From assembly GCA_965222075.1 (NCBI GenBank), contig OZ244937.1, forward strand, positions 4,160,001 to 4,224,000: a stretch of 64,000 bases of DNA. Reading direction: 5' to 3'. How positions within the stretch are numbered: position 1 is the first letter of the stretch; every line of letters starts with the position of its first letter. A program made the translations under genes and the position numbers. The notes under the pieces are model-generated. The model ran no database searches. It saw only the letters and a list, made by a program, of their open reading frames with translations, and was not told the DNA's origin. The DNA is from Candidatus Latescibacterota bacterium. Lineage in GTDB: Bacteria > Latescibacterota > UBA2968 > GCA-2709665. Positions 1 to 9,483 of this stretch are shown piece after piece.

Positions 1-199
1 GCTTTAAGAATCGCTCACCACCTCCCGTGCCCAAGTCAATAACGGATGAAGATCGACGCATAAGCTCAGCAGCCCGCGAAGAATAAGACCAGGGAGCTTG
101 CTCTTCTACCATTCTGCCATCCAGATAGGAGAAATCCCACCCCGAGAGGAACTGTTCCTCTTCGCCTTTCCATATGTCAACAAGATTATCTGGATTCAT
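1..199 (-). CDS. Class I SAM-dependent methyltransferase, 5' part (runs off the window); integron cassette gene
   Basis: Manual translation from ATG at 199 gives MNPDNLVDIWKGEEEQFLSGWDFSYLDGRMVEEQAPWSY...VIDLGTGGGERF, with SAM motif I (DLGTGGG). Absent from the ORF track because it is truncated. Confidence 0.8.
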   Translation of the reverse strand, partial: MNPDNLVDIWKGEEEQFLSGWDFSYLDGRMVEEQAPWSYSSRAAELMRRSSSVIDLGTGGGERFLK

Positions 200-269
200 A
201 CTGGATGCTATCTATACCTTCACCAACCTGGTAATTGACTAGTGGTCGATTTCATAAGTTCGCATGAGT

Positions 270-1404
270 TTATGCAGCCAGCCGGATTCGCTGCATTCGT
301 TCTTCCAAGTCCTGCCTTGTAAAGCGCCAGTTGAAAGGTTCGGCAGTGAGATTATAGTATTTCTCAAAGCCCAAGATCCTAACTTCCATCGCCTGTCGAT
401 CTGCCAAGTCATTGGGCGTGAGTGCTTTTCTTTGCAGGATCGAGAAATAGATCTCAATCTGGTTGAGCCAACTGGCATGGATGGGCAGATGAACAGCGAT
501 GGCATTTTTATAGGCATCGGCAAGCCGTTTAGGGAACGTAGTGGTGTAATGAGAGGATCCATTATCCACAATCCAGAAGACCCGGTCTGCCGAAGCATAA
601 GGCTCCTGTTCCATCACCAAGTCCACCAGCTTTTGAAAAGGCACGATGCCGGTTTTTTCATCCACACGCCCAAAGATGTGCCCTGAGAACACATCCAGTG
701 CAGATAGATAGGCCACTGTGCCCATCCGTTTGTAGTCATTTTCCATACGAATGGGTTTGCCACAATCAGGTGGCAATGTGGCAAACTCTCGGGCTAAGAT
801 CTGGAGTTGGGATTTTTCATCGGCACAGATGACGAAGTCTTTCTTGCCCAGGGGAACACCCTCCCATATGCCTTGATACAGGTCCAGAATGCGACTGGCT
901 TTCTCTAAAAAGTTGGGATCTTTGATATGAAGCCAGGAACGATGATACCAGGGACGAAGGGCATCCCTGTTGAGAATACGCCAAATCGTTGTGGGTGAGA
1001 TTGAAGTGATCAACGCACACCTCAACACTTCCTGTTGAATCTCAAACAGGCTGAATCGAGACAGAGGCAGACCCCGCTGTGCAGGCAGTTGACAAGCGAT
1101 GGCTTTGACCTCACTGACTTGCACAGGGGGAAAAAGTGGGCGGTCGCCCACTGCGGGGAAGATCGTCCAAAGTGAAGCATTGTTCTACCCACCTTTTTCG
1201 CCACTTCTGCGCTGTGGGGGAACTCACCCCCCCACGGTCGGCTAACTTCTGGTTGCCTATGGCTGGACCCTCTGCTAAAGCGACCACCATCTTTGCCCGT
1301 TGCACCTGACTTTGAGGTGCGTTACGCTGACGGATGATTCTTTGGGCTTGGGCAACTTGAGCTTTTGTGAAGCGGGGTTGATATTGGGGAAGCGGACCTG
1401 ACAT
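270..1404 (-). CDS. IS630 transposase split over two ORFs (1111-1404 HTH part, 270-1151 DDE part), probably joined by frameshifting
   Basis: HTH ORF ends with DLPRSGRPPTFSP; DDE ORF has ICADEK, WIVDNGSSH and HASWLNQIEIYF; the overlap holds a slippery CCCACTTTTTCCCCCT tract near 1125-1140. Confidence 0.85.
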
Positions 1405-1489
1405 TATACACCTCCTTTACCCATTAGATGATCCGAAGAATAAAAAATTAGACGGTCTCTGCCTTCGATTCTATTTTCCTTATCGTTTA

Positions 1490-1514
1490 CCTGTCTGCCA
1501 TCTGCACAGGCAGG
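1490..1514. repeat. 25-bp REP-like palindrome, copy A
   Basis: CCTGTCTGCCATCTGCACAGGCAGG, identical to 1804-1828. Confidence 0.9.
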
Positions 1515-1663
1515 TCCGAGGATTCGGTCCAGTTGCACCAAGCCTACAACGGCTCCTGCAATCATCGGGAACAGCCCCGCTCCCAGGCGATAATCTTCGC
1601 GAAGGATGCGCCATCCTTTGATGCGACGGATGCTGTGTTCCACATAAATACGCTGTTGGGCTA

Positions 1664-1690
1664 CCTGTCTGCGTGCGACGCACAGGCAGG
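1664..1690. repeat. 27-bp REP-like palindrome, copy B (different loop)
   Basis: CCTGTCTGCGTGCGACGCACAGGCAGG, same arms as copies A and C. Confidence 0.9.
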
Positions 1691-1803
1691 TCTGCCTGTT
1701 CTCCAGACGTTGTTCTGAGGTGAGTTCACCCCCCTTTGGCTTTTTATGGGGTGAGATGATCTGGGGATGGGCTTGACTCTGATAGCCTTTATCTCCCAGT
1801 TTA

Positions 1804-1828
1804 CCTGTCTGCCATCTGCACAGGCAGG
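1804..1828. repeat. 25-bp REP-like palindrome, copy C
   Basis: CCTGTCTGCCATCTGCACAGGCAGG; causes the transposase frameshift. Confidence 0.9.
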
Positions 1829-2653
1829 TCGGCATTGGGAAATTGGGAGTCCACGCCACTTTCTTCGTAAACTCGAATATCAGCTTTGGGTCCACGATGG
1901 CCTGCATCCACGCTGAGGATCTCTCCCTTTTTATCTGTGGCCACTTGGGTCTTGATCGTGTGGCGCTTGCGCTTACCCGAGTAGACCTGCCTTTGTCTGT
2001 GGTCCACAGAAGGCCTGCAAATGGGCGTTTCAAAGCTGTCAATTAGAACCCGATCCACCTCATCGGGATGCCAGGAAGGGTCGCTTTTCTTCCACTTCTT
2101 CTCCCCATCAAAGCGCTGAGTGGGGCAGACCGCTTGCAGAATCGGCACCACTTCGTGAAAGGTGTTTTCGGAGGTGTCCGCACTCACACCAAACAGTTGC
2201 CCCACCAACGCGTGGGATACGTTGTGACGCAAATAGAGCAAACTCATCAACACCTCTTGATAGGGCCTTAACCGTCGCTTGCGTCCTCCCCCTACCCTAC
2301 GCTTGCGATCAGGACGTGATGCTTGGGCTTGCTGGCGACGTTCTATCATCACCGGCAACACAGCCTCCAGCAGTTGGGACAAAGCCACTGGCGTAAGACC
2401 AAACAGAGCACGGATCTTTCCCGGATGGGTCGTATCAAGGGTGTGCAGATTCATCATCGCTGGCTCCTTGCGTAAATAGTCAAACAACCTACTCCTGAAG
2501 TAGCAGTGAGACAGTATTACGCAAATGGCTTGCCAAAGTCCAGCACTATTTCTCGGATCATCTATTGGAGTGAGGTGTATAACATAACTCTATTTCTCTT
2601 TCTACACAACCTCATGTGTATTTGCGAAATTGACCACTAGGGGTTCATTTTTC

Positions 2654-2735
2654 GCGTAACGTCTCAGTGCCCCCGAACCGCGAAGCGGTTGGGTGAAGGC
2701 GTGCATGCGCCGGAACCGGGGGCACGGTGTTAGGC
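2654..2735 (-). repeat. attC site 1
   Basis: GCGTAAC...GTGCCCCC...GGGGGCAC...GTTAGGC; the sulfotransferase stop codon lies in the inverse core. Confidence 0.9.
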
Positions 2736-2852
2736 GTTCGTTGGCGTTTCAAGGTCGCGACAGACTTTCAGCAAAGCCTCTTGAATGTTTAGGAACTCAA
2801 GGTACCCGGGTGGCAGTGGATACTTGGCGCTGTTGAACGGCTGAAATGGATT

Positions 2853-4572
2853 GAGTGTGTAGGAAATCGCGGGGGTATCAACTGACTGTAAAATCGATAG
2901 TTTTTGAAGTATGAAAATTTGATAGGACGCCTATATTGGCAAACATCCAGAACACTATCTCATGTTTGATCAAAAAGGAGCCCTATCATGATGACAATGT
3001 ACGAAAAGGAAGCCTTGTTTGAAAGCCTAGATGACACATTTTCTGAGATCAAGGCATATCTTATAGGAGCTATAGACCGAGAAGAACTCCATGGGGTTGA
3101 GCACCATCTGTTTCGCCAGATGCAGCGCTTGGGTCGTGGTTTTCTGGAGGCCTTTGTTGCTCTGTCGGGCACGGGATATGAAGCTGGCAATCCAGTGCTG
3201 AGTGAAGAAGGGCATAAAATGGAGTATAAGGGAACCGAGGCGGAGGGTTCGCCCTATATGTCCATCTTTGGAGAAATCAGGATCTACCGTGCAGCCTATG
3301 CCCATCCTGCTGGTGGGAGGGTATATCCCATCGATGCGCAACTGAATCTGCCAGCACATAAATACTCTTACTTGCTTTTGAAGTGGCTACAAGCTTCAAG
3401 CACACAACAGGATTTTCGCAGCGCGGTCAACCGATTCAACGAGATCTTCGATTTTTCCTTTTTCCCGGATCTGCCTCAGCGTCAGGGCCTACCCATTGCG
3501 GAGTATATCGAGCCTTTCTATGAGCAGGTTGAAGCGCCACCCCTACAATCAGAAAGCAGTCATATAGCCATCAGCGCCGATTGTAAGGGCGTACGTATCC
3601 TGAAAAGTAAACGGGAAGAGACAAAGGAAGAACCGCCTGCCAAACCCCGTCGGGGCAAAGGAGAAAAGCCCGGCATCAAGAAAGATGCGGTGGTCGTCAC
3701 AGACTTTTCATTCGACCCACACGCACGCGATTCTGAAGAAATCGTCAAAGGCTTGCTTTCCCAGTTCACAAAAGAAGAACAAGAACAGAAAAAACAGGAT
3801 CGGAAATGTCGCCGAGAAGAAGGTCTGCCTGAGCCTCGGGTACCACACAATAAGCACATCTTTGCGACTCTCCAGGGCAAAAAAGCCGCCTTCGACCATA
3901 TGCTTGAGCACGTCCAGAAGCGAGATCCCCAGGGCCAAAAACTACTGATCGCGCTACTGGATGGCGATCCTTATCTGGAGGATCGGTTGCTCAAAGACCT
4001 GAACATCCACGGCATGGAGGATCAACTCGATGCGCTGATCCTGGATATCATCCATGCCAGTGAATACCTCTGGGATGTGGGCACAGCGCTCTATGGCGAA
4101 AAAGGACCTGAACGAATCAAGTGGATCGAAGAAAAGCTCTATGCCCTCCTGGAGGGTAAAGTCGGCTACCTCATCGGGGGACTACGCCAGATGCTGACCA
4201 AAAACCAAGACCGGCTCACCCAGCCTCAAAAGAAGGCTCTAAAAAAAACCATCATCTACTTCGATAACCACCAACATATGATGCACTACGACGTCTACCT
4301 CAAGAAAGGTTACCCGATTGCTACAGGCGTAGTCGAAGGCACCTGCGGCTCTCTCGTCAAAGACCGGATGGAGCAATCAGGCATGCGATGGTCCATCAAC
4401 GGTGCTCAGGCTGTCTTGGCTCAGCGCGCCGTTGTGAAAAATGGCGACTGGAATGACTTCTTTACATACTACATTGACTCCGAACGTGACCGACTCTACC
4501 CAACTGTATATGAGAGAGTCGCACCTTACCAAAAAGCTGCTTAAACCTGCTCCCGTGAACTCCTACACACTC
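2853..4572 (+). mobile_element. ISKra4-family insertion sequence
   Basis: Inverted repeats GAGTGTGTAGGA (2853) and TCCTACACACTC (ends 4572); 9-bp target duplication AAATGGATT at 2844-2852 and 4573-4581. Confidence 0.92.
2988..4544 (+). CDS. ISKra4-family transposase
   Basis: 518 aa with SADCKGV, LLDGD, ILDIIHASEYLW and GYPIATGVVEGTCGSLVKDRMEQSGMRW. Confidence 0.9.
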   Translation: MMTMYEKEALFESLDDTFSEIKAYLIGAIDREELHGVEHHLFRQMQRLGRGFLEAFVALSGTGYEAGNPVLSEEGHKMEYKGTEAEGSPYMSIFGEIRIYRAAYAHPAGGRVYPIDAQLNLPAHKYSYLLLKWLQASSTQQDFRSAVNRFNEIFDFSFFPDLPQRQGLPIAEYIEPFYEQVEAPPLQSESSHIAISADCKGVRILKSKREETKEEPPAKPRRGKGEKPGIKKDAVVVTDFSFDPHARDSEEIVKGLLSQFTKEEQEQKKQDRKCRREEGLPEPRVPHNKHIFATLQGKKAAFDHMLEHVQKRDPQGQKLLIALLDGDPYLEDRLLKDLNIHGMEDQLDALILDIIHASEYLWDVGTALYGEKGPERIKWIEEKLYALLEGKVGYLIGGLRQMLTKNQDRLTQPQKKALKKTIIYFDNHQHMMHYDVYLKKGYPIATGVVEGTCGSLVKDRMEQSGMRWSINGAQAVLAQRAVVKNGDWNDFFTYYIDSERDRLYPTVYERVAPYQKAA

Positions 4573-5392
4573 AAATGGATTGTTGATCTTCTGCCTTGCA
4601 AAGGAGTAGAGAGCCTTCTGGTGCTCTGTCGCCTCAGATACTTGGTCAAACGGGATCCTACAATCATTTCGCCAAAGTTGAGGATCAACGGCATCAACTA
4701 TCGCCTGGATTCGTGAGACTCGGTTTTCAAACTTCGAGTTCAGGAACCCGGACAATCTCTCGGCCTGCACACGTGGTTTTCGCATGATATCTTCGTACCC
4801 AAGAAAGAGACGGTGCGCTGCATCTTCTGTGTGCTGCAGTATCAGCGTCATCATGTGCTGCCAACGCAGCAAATTCATCGCAACAAACGAGATCCGGACT
4901 TTCACATTGGACGGAATAGTGAACTTCTGCCACGACACTGCCGCGTCGAGAGGGTTGCGAACCGTGATTACATAAATCGCATCTTCCCATATCTGTTTCC
5001 AAAACGGCAAAAAGTGGCTGAGAGCAGGATCCTTCCAGAACCAGGGGCCACCTTTGTACATTTCTGACACCAGTTCAGTGGCTTTAATTCTATACACTGG
5101 GTCAGAGGCTTTGTCTTCTATTCGCTGTTGGAAGTCAGGGTCCCACCAAGTCGCCCCAGAAGCAAAATCCCCTAACTCGGCCAGCAAATCCCATAAGGGC
5201 AGAAATTCCCAATAACCTCTGGGCGCATGTGCATCAGCTTCGTGTAGCTTGTCGGAAGCGCCAGCATACGCACCCCATCTGTGTACCATCTCAGCAACGA
5301 CAGAGGTCCCACTGCGCTCTACGCCAAGCACAATAATTGGATGGCTTTCAGAGCTGATCATCCAAACGCCTCTCAAGGCTTTAGCCAATGAC

Positions 5393-5495
5393 GCCTAACG
5401 TTCTGGCCACTTGCGAACCCGCCGAAGCACAGCGTAGGCGGGTTGCCGTCAGGCCAAGGAGCGCAAGCGACGCAGCGCAAGTGGACCTGTTATGC
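5393..5495 (-). repeat. attC site 2
   Basis: GCCTAAC...CCACTTGCG...CGCAAGTGG...GTTATGC. Confidence 0.9.
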
Positions 5496-5523
5496 GTTGG
5501 TGCAACTCTCTGGAAGCAAAACG

Positions 5524-6357
5524 TCAGGGCTGTCGACCGTCGACGTCTTTAAATCCGTACTCTCGCGCTAAGTCCGGGACTTCAAGATATGGTTTCGTTC
5601 CGGCCTTGCTCATCACCTCTGGATCACCTGCCAAAGCTGCGATCGCTCGACCTGAGTACACCGGCGTAAAGGTCTTCTTCAGATCTTCGGGTTTCGTGTC
5701 CTCATCCGGTCCCCACGTTCGCATGTAGAGGTGTTCGTCGCCAAGTGATAGCAGGATGATTGCTATTCCTTTCTCTCTGCATTCCTCTGCCATTCCATGC
5801 GTCATTCGATATATCGCGGCCTTGAAAGTGTCATAGAACAGATTCGGGTGGAACTTGCTGTCCGGAGTGATCCCAGTCGTGGTGTTGACGATCAAGCCGT
5901 GGCCCTGTTCCAGCATCATCGAAATGGCGCCCCGAGCACCAGTCATATGGGATCTCAACCCAGCTCCATACATGAGTTCCCATTGTCGCATTGGTAGTTC
6001 CCAGAATGGTTTCTTTTCCCAGAATCCATCGGGCATCTCGTAGCCACCCCAGGCGTTGTTGACGAGCACATCCAGCCGTCCATGTTCTTCCCTGACTCGA
6101 CTGAAGAGTTCTTCAACTTGCTCGTCCTTTGTGTGATCTACCTGGACAGGAATCCCGACGCCTCCTCGTTCGGTCACCGTCTCCGCCGTGTCATCTATCG
6201 TTTCGTTGGGGATGTCTGTGGTCTGGTTTCCGCGGATGCTCCGTCCCGTTACGTATACGGTCGCACCGGCCTCGCCGAGCGCAGTGGCGATGCCCATCCC
6301 CCCTCCACGACTTGATCCAGTCACCACGACTACTTTGTTCGCCAGGGTTTTCATCAT
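5524..6357 (-). CDS. SDR-family oxidoreductase (DHRS1-like); cassette gene
   Basis: TGSSRGGG, LVNNAWGG and YDTFK catalytic motif. Confidence 0.9.
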   Translation of the reverse strand: MMKTLANKVVVVTGSSRGGGMGIATALGEAGATVYVTGRSIRGNQTTDIPNETIDDTAETVTERGGVGIPVQVDHTKDEQVEELFSRVREEHGRLDVLVNNAWGGYEMPDGFWEKKPFWELPMRQWELMYGAGLRSHMTGARGAISMMLEQGHGLIVNTTTGITPDSKFHPNLFYDTFKAAIYRMTHGMAEECREKGIAIILLSLGDEHLYMRTWGPDEDTKPEDLKKTFTPVYSGRAIAALAGDPEVMSKAGTKPYLEVPDLAREYGFKDVDGRQP

Positions 6358-6388
6358 CTGGGTTTCCTATTCCTCGAGTTGCACTGAC

Positions 6389-6477
6389 GCATAACGTCTC
6401 ACGGTTTGCGAACCCGCGAAGTGGGTTGCCGAAGGCCAGGGCGGCACATCCGCCGCAGCGCAAACGATGTGTTATCT
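6389..6477 (-). repeat. attC site 3
   Basis: GCATAAC...GTTTGCG...CGCAAAC...GTTATCT. Confidence 0.88.
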
Positions 6478-6607
6478 GACGTGCAATTTGGTGAGTTTCA
6501 GGTCGAATAGATGCCCTCCCTCGGGGCGGGAATACAGCACACGACATCAGTTTTTCAGTTTTTCTCTGTCTTTGTTTTTGTGTCTCTTCCTGTCATCAAA
6601 CTTGACC

Positions 6608-7438
6608 TCACGAAGATGTGCTCTCCATCATTGTTCCCGCTTGAAATTGGCCTCCAAGGATGTTATACCCACCATCCACATGGATCACCTCACCGGTGAT
6701 CCCGCTTGATAGATCGCTTAATAAGAACATTGCCGTTTTCCCAACTTCCTTCTGAGTAATCATCCGGCGGAGAGGCGTGTGCTCTTGATAAGTCTGACGA
6801 AAATCCCCAAACCCTTTCACGCCGCGTGCAGATTTTGTACTGACGATTCCAGGCGAAATGGCATTGACTCTGATATTTCTTGAGCTCAACTCGTAGGCTA
6901 ACTGCTTTACCGAATGCTCAAGCGCTGCCTTGGCCGTGCCCATTACATTGTAAGAAGGGAATACTTTCTTTGAAGCCATAAACGTTAAAGCAATTACTGA
7001 TCCTCCCTCAGACATCAGCTCTGAGGCAGCCCGAGTCATGGATACGAAAGAAAACGCGCTAATATCAAGGGCAACATTAAAAGCTTCTCTTGAGGTTTCT
7101 CTGAACTCGCCCTGAAGCGTATCGGGAGGGGCAAAGGCGATACAATGTGCGAAACAATTGAGATATCCGATCTCTTTCTTCACAAAATCGAATAGACCTT
7201 GAACCTGAATATCGTCCCCAGCATTGCATGGTTGAGGAGGAATGAACACGTCCTTCCACCCTTCAGCGGCTACCATTTTCTCAATCCCTTTTTTCCTTCG
7301 CTCCCTTGAATAAGGCAGAATAAGCTGCATCCCTGCTTCGTGAAGAATTTGTGCAATTGCCCAGGCGATACTCCATTTATTGGCTACACCAGCCACTACA
7401 CCGGCTTTTCCACTTAGATCGATTGTATACATTAGCAT
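6608..7438 (-). CDS. fabI: Enoyl-ACP reductase FabI; cassette gene
   Basis: GVANKWSIAWAIA, HCIAFAP, ISAFSF, YNVMGTAKAALE, RVNAISPG and ITGEVIHVDGG. Confidence 0.92.
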   Translation of the reverse strand: MLMYTIDLSGKAGVVAGVANKWSIAWAIAQILHEAGMQLILPYSRERRKKGIEKMVAAEGWKDVFIPPQPCNAGDDIQVQGLFDFVKKEIGYLNCFAHCIAFAPPDTLQGEFRETSREAFNVALDISAFSFVSMTRAASELMSEGGSVIALTFMASKKVFPSYNVMGTAKAALEHSVKQLAYELSSRNIRVNAISPGIVSTKSARGVKGFGDFRQTYQEHTPLRRMITQKEVGKTAMFLLSDLSSGITGEVIHVDGGYNILGGQFQAGTMMESTSS

Positions 7439-7562
7439 CTATCTTTCAAAAAAAATGAAAACGACAGGAAAATGAGCGCTGAATGTAGGATTTTGGTTTT
7501 GTGTGCTATCACCGCTTTTGGGGGTGGTGGTGGCGCTTTTGACTTGACAGCTATACTCAGAT

Positions 7563-7652
7563 ATCTAACGTCCTCCGGTTTGCGAACTTGGCGCAGCCAG
7601 ATTGCCGGAGGCCAAGGAGCGTAGCGACGCAGCGCAAACCGCGTTGTTACAC
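7563..7652 (-). repeat. attC site 4
   Basis: ATCTAAC...CGGTTTGCG...CGCAAACCG...GTTACAC. Confidence 0.9.
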
Positions 7653-7703
7653 GATGTGGGATATGACCTCCGCTCAAGCACTGTTCGGTTTCCCCCTCGA
7701 CGC

Positions 7704-8357
7704 TTAGGTTTGTTCAGAAAGACCCTCCACACGAGAATCAGGCCTAAAGGGCGTCACTCCATTGGCGCGCGAAAATGCCTCAACTTCGGCCGATGACCCA
7801 AGACGCAAGAACTGTATGTGTTGCCAACGGGGCTCCGACATGTAGGCTCGCATGTTGCGACGTTTACGCCTATGCTGCGTGACAATCCACGACACGAGAG
7901 AGTCCTCCTTGTTCCAAACCATCAGTTGGGGCCAAAACCGCTCATAGTTGGTGCCCCAAAGCAGTTCCTTTGACCGCCAGCGTGTCCATGATCGCGAGAG
8001 CACGCGCCAGATGAGCTGACACATGGGTAGATCCAGCCAAACAACCGTCTCCAAACGCGGCCAAAAGACACGCTGTGAAAAACCGGTATATGAGCCAGTG
8101 ACAACCCATCCATCACCATCGGTTGCCCTTGCTATGAGACGCTCAAGCTCCTCAGGATTCGTCTCGTTTAGACCCACCCAGCCAGGTCGCCAATTGAGTG
8201 CGTCCAACTCCACAAAGAGGACCTGAAGAGCAGTTGCCAACTGTTTGCCCAGGGTGCTTTTCCCAGAGCAACAATTGCCAATTATATGGATTCGCCGGCC
8301 GATCTGTGCGCCGCGATAGTAGTTAACCGTGTTGCCACGCACACTCATTCTGCACAC
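7704..8357 (-). CDS. Adenylate-kinase-like P-loop protein (FlaR/topology modulation family); start uncertain
   Basis: RIHIIGNCCSGKSTL, ELDALNWRPGW and WVVTGSY. Confidence 0.8.
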   Translation of the reverse strand: MCRMSVRGNTVNYYRGAQIGRRIHIIGNCCSGKSTLGKQLATALQVLFVELDALNWRPGWVGLNETNPEELERLIARATDGDGWVVTGSYTGFSQRVFWPRLETVVWLDLPMCQLIWRVLSRSWTRWRSKELLWGTNYERFWPQLMVWNKEDSLVSWIVTQHRRKRRNMRAYMSEPRWQHIQFLRLGSSAEVEAFSRANGVTPFRPDSRVEGLSEQT

Positions 8358-8412
8358 CTCAATGCATTACAGGTCCCGAGTCTGGCTCAGATGGCCCATC
8401 TGGTCCCATGTC

Positions 8413-8503
8413 GTGTAACGTCTCACGGTTTGCGAACCCGCGTAGCGGGTTGCCGAAGGCCAAGGCGCGATCAGCGCCGCAGCGCAACACCGCTGTGTTA
8501 CAC
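8413..8503 (-). repeat. attC site 5
   Basis: GTGTAAC...GTTACAC, interior very similar to attC 3. Confidence 0.9.
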
Positions 8504-8524
8504 GATGGCGGCACCCCATCAAGC

Positions 8525-9271
8525 TCAGGACTCCTCACCTGGTACGAAAGCCAGCAGGATCGTGTCGGCAAACATTCGCCAGACGATAGCAACTTCATCG
8601 AACCCAGCCTCGGTCATCGCGCTGATCATGTTCTCCGCGCCATGTTCGTACTCAACATCCTTCCCAGTAGCCTTCATCTCTCGCTTGTACTCCAGCCTGG
8701 CATCAATCTCTTGCTGAGTAGCTACGCCTGAAGCAACTGCACTTTGGAGATGACGCTGGCGGAAGCGCGACGACTCCACCCGAACCCTTGCCCCCCAGTG
8801 GGGACCGACCGACATCGCGTCGTAAAGGACGAAGCAACCGCCTGGCCGGAGTGCACCCTCAATGCCTGCAAAAAGCGAGGGTAGATCGGCCCGAGGCACA
8901 TGATGAATGGCCTTTGCCGAGAAAACCACATCACACGGCGGAATGTCACAACTGGTCATGTCCGCTTCCCGTACCTCGATCCGACCTGAATATGACGTCA
9001 GTTTCCGCCTGGCGAGGGAAAGCATCTCCGGTTCGCTGTCCATGCAGGTGCCGGTGGCGTGACGGAAGTGTTCCAATACTCGCGCAGTCGGCTCCGCTGT
9101 GCCACAGCCGAGCTCCACAAACTCAAATATATCATCGGGATCGAAGGGAATCAGATCCACAATCATGTCCAAGCCCTTGCTGTAGGGTGGACTTAGGATT
9201 GGCTGGAGCCGATCATACGAATCTGCGACAGTTGCGAAATAACTGCAACATTCAAATGATGAGGAATCCAT
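8525..9271 (-). CDS. Class I SAM-dependent methyltransferase; cassette gene
   Basis: ELGCGTA, DSEPEML and ALRPGGCF. Confidence 0.88.
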   Translation of the reverse strand: MDSSSFECCSYFATVADSYDRLQPILSPPYSKGLDMIVDLIPFDPDDIFEFVELGCGTAEPTARVLEHFRHATGTCMDSEPEMLSLARRKLTSYSGRIEVREADMTSCDIPPCDVVFSAKAIHHVPRADLPSLFAGIEGALRPGGCFVLYDAMSVGPHWGARVRVESSRFRQRHLQSAVASGVATQQEIDARLEYKREMKATGKDVEYEHGAENMISAMTEAGFDEVAIVWRMFADTILLAFVPGEES

Positions 9272-9383
9272 GGTTTACCCTCGACTTGACCAAACATTTT
9301 TTTAGATGTATGGCTTGCGCATTGTTTGCGCGATTTCATTTTTCGGAATGCGGAGATCGAGTTTTGGCCTCTACACCGCTTTC

Positions 9384-9469
9384 GTGTAACGTTTCAGTGC
9401 CCCCGAACCGCGAATGCGGTTGGGCGCAGGGCCGAACGGTCCGAAGCCGGGGGCACGGTCGTGTTATGC
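9384..9469 (-). repeat. attC site 6
   Basis: GTGTAAC...GTGCCCCC...GGGGGCAC...GTTATGC, similar to attC 1. Confidence 0.9.
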
Positions 9470-9483
9470 GGCGTGTCTTGGTT

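Larger units (their letters stand above)
1487..2487 (-). pseudogene. IS5-family transposase (HTH plus DDE_Tnp_4-like) disrupted by three short palindromic insertions
   Basis: Motifs LIDSFETPI, YSGKRKRHTIK, GDKGYQ and RIYVEHSIRRIK lie in two frames; removing the three repeats restores a single ORF ending LDRILG-stop. Confidence 0.85.
1426..2563 (-). mobile_element. IS5-family (ISL2-like) element nested upstream of the IS630 transposase
   Basis: Inverted repeats AGATGATCCGA (1426) and TCGGATCATCT (ends 2563); 3-bp direct repeat ATT at 1423-1425 and 2564-2566. Confidence 0.85.
242..2637 (-). mobile_element. IS630-family insertion sequence containing a nested IS5
   Basis: Terminal inverted repeats GTGGTCGATTTC (242) and GAAATTGACCAC (ends 2637), flanked by duplicated TA (240-241, 2638-2639) in a CTAG context; encodes an IS630 transposase. 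Confidence 0.9.
2730..5361 (-). pseudogene. Sulfotransferase-family cassette gene interrupted near its 3' end by ISKra4
   Basis: 5'PSB motif LGVERSGTS, WKDP and VRNPLD; removing the IS joins ...KINNPF to QPFNSAKYPLPPGYLEFL...PTNA-stop (2730). Confidence 0.85.

Noticed and set aside
4512-4524. GAGAGAGTCGCACC as the ISKra4 right end
   Set aside because: It has no partner on the left; the ends are defined by the inverted repeats and 9-bp duplication at 2853 and 4572.
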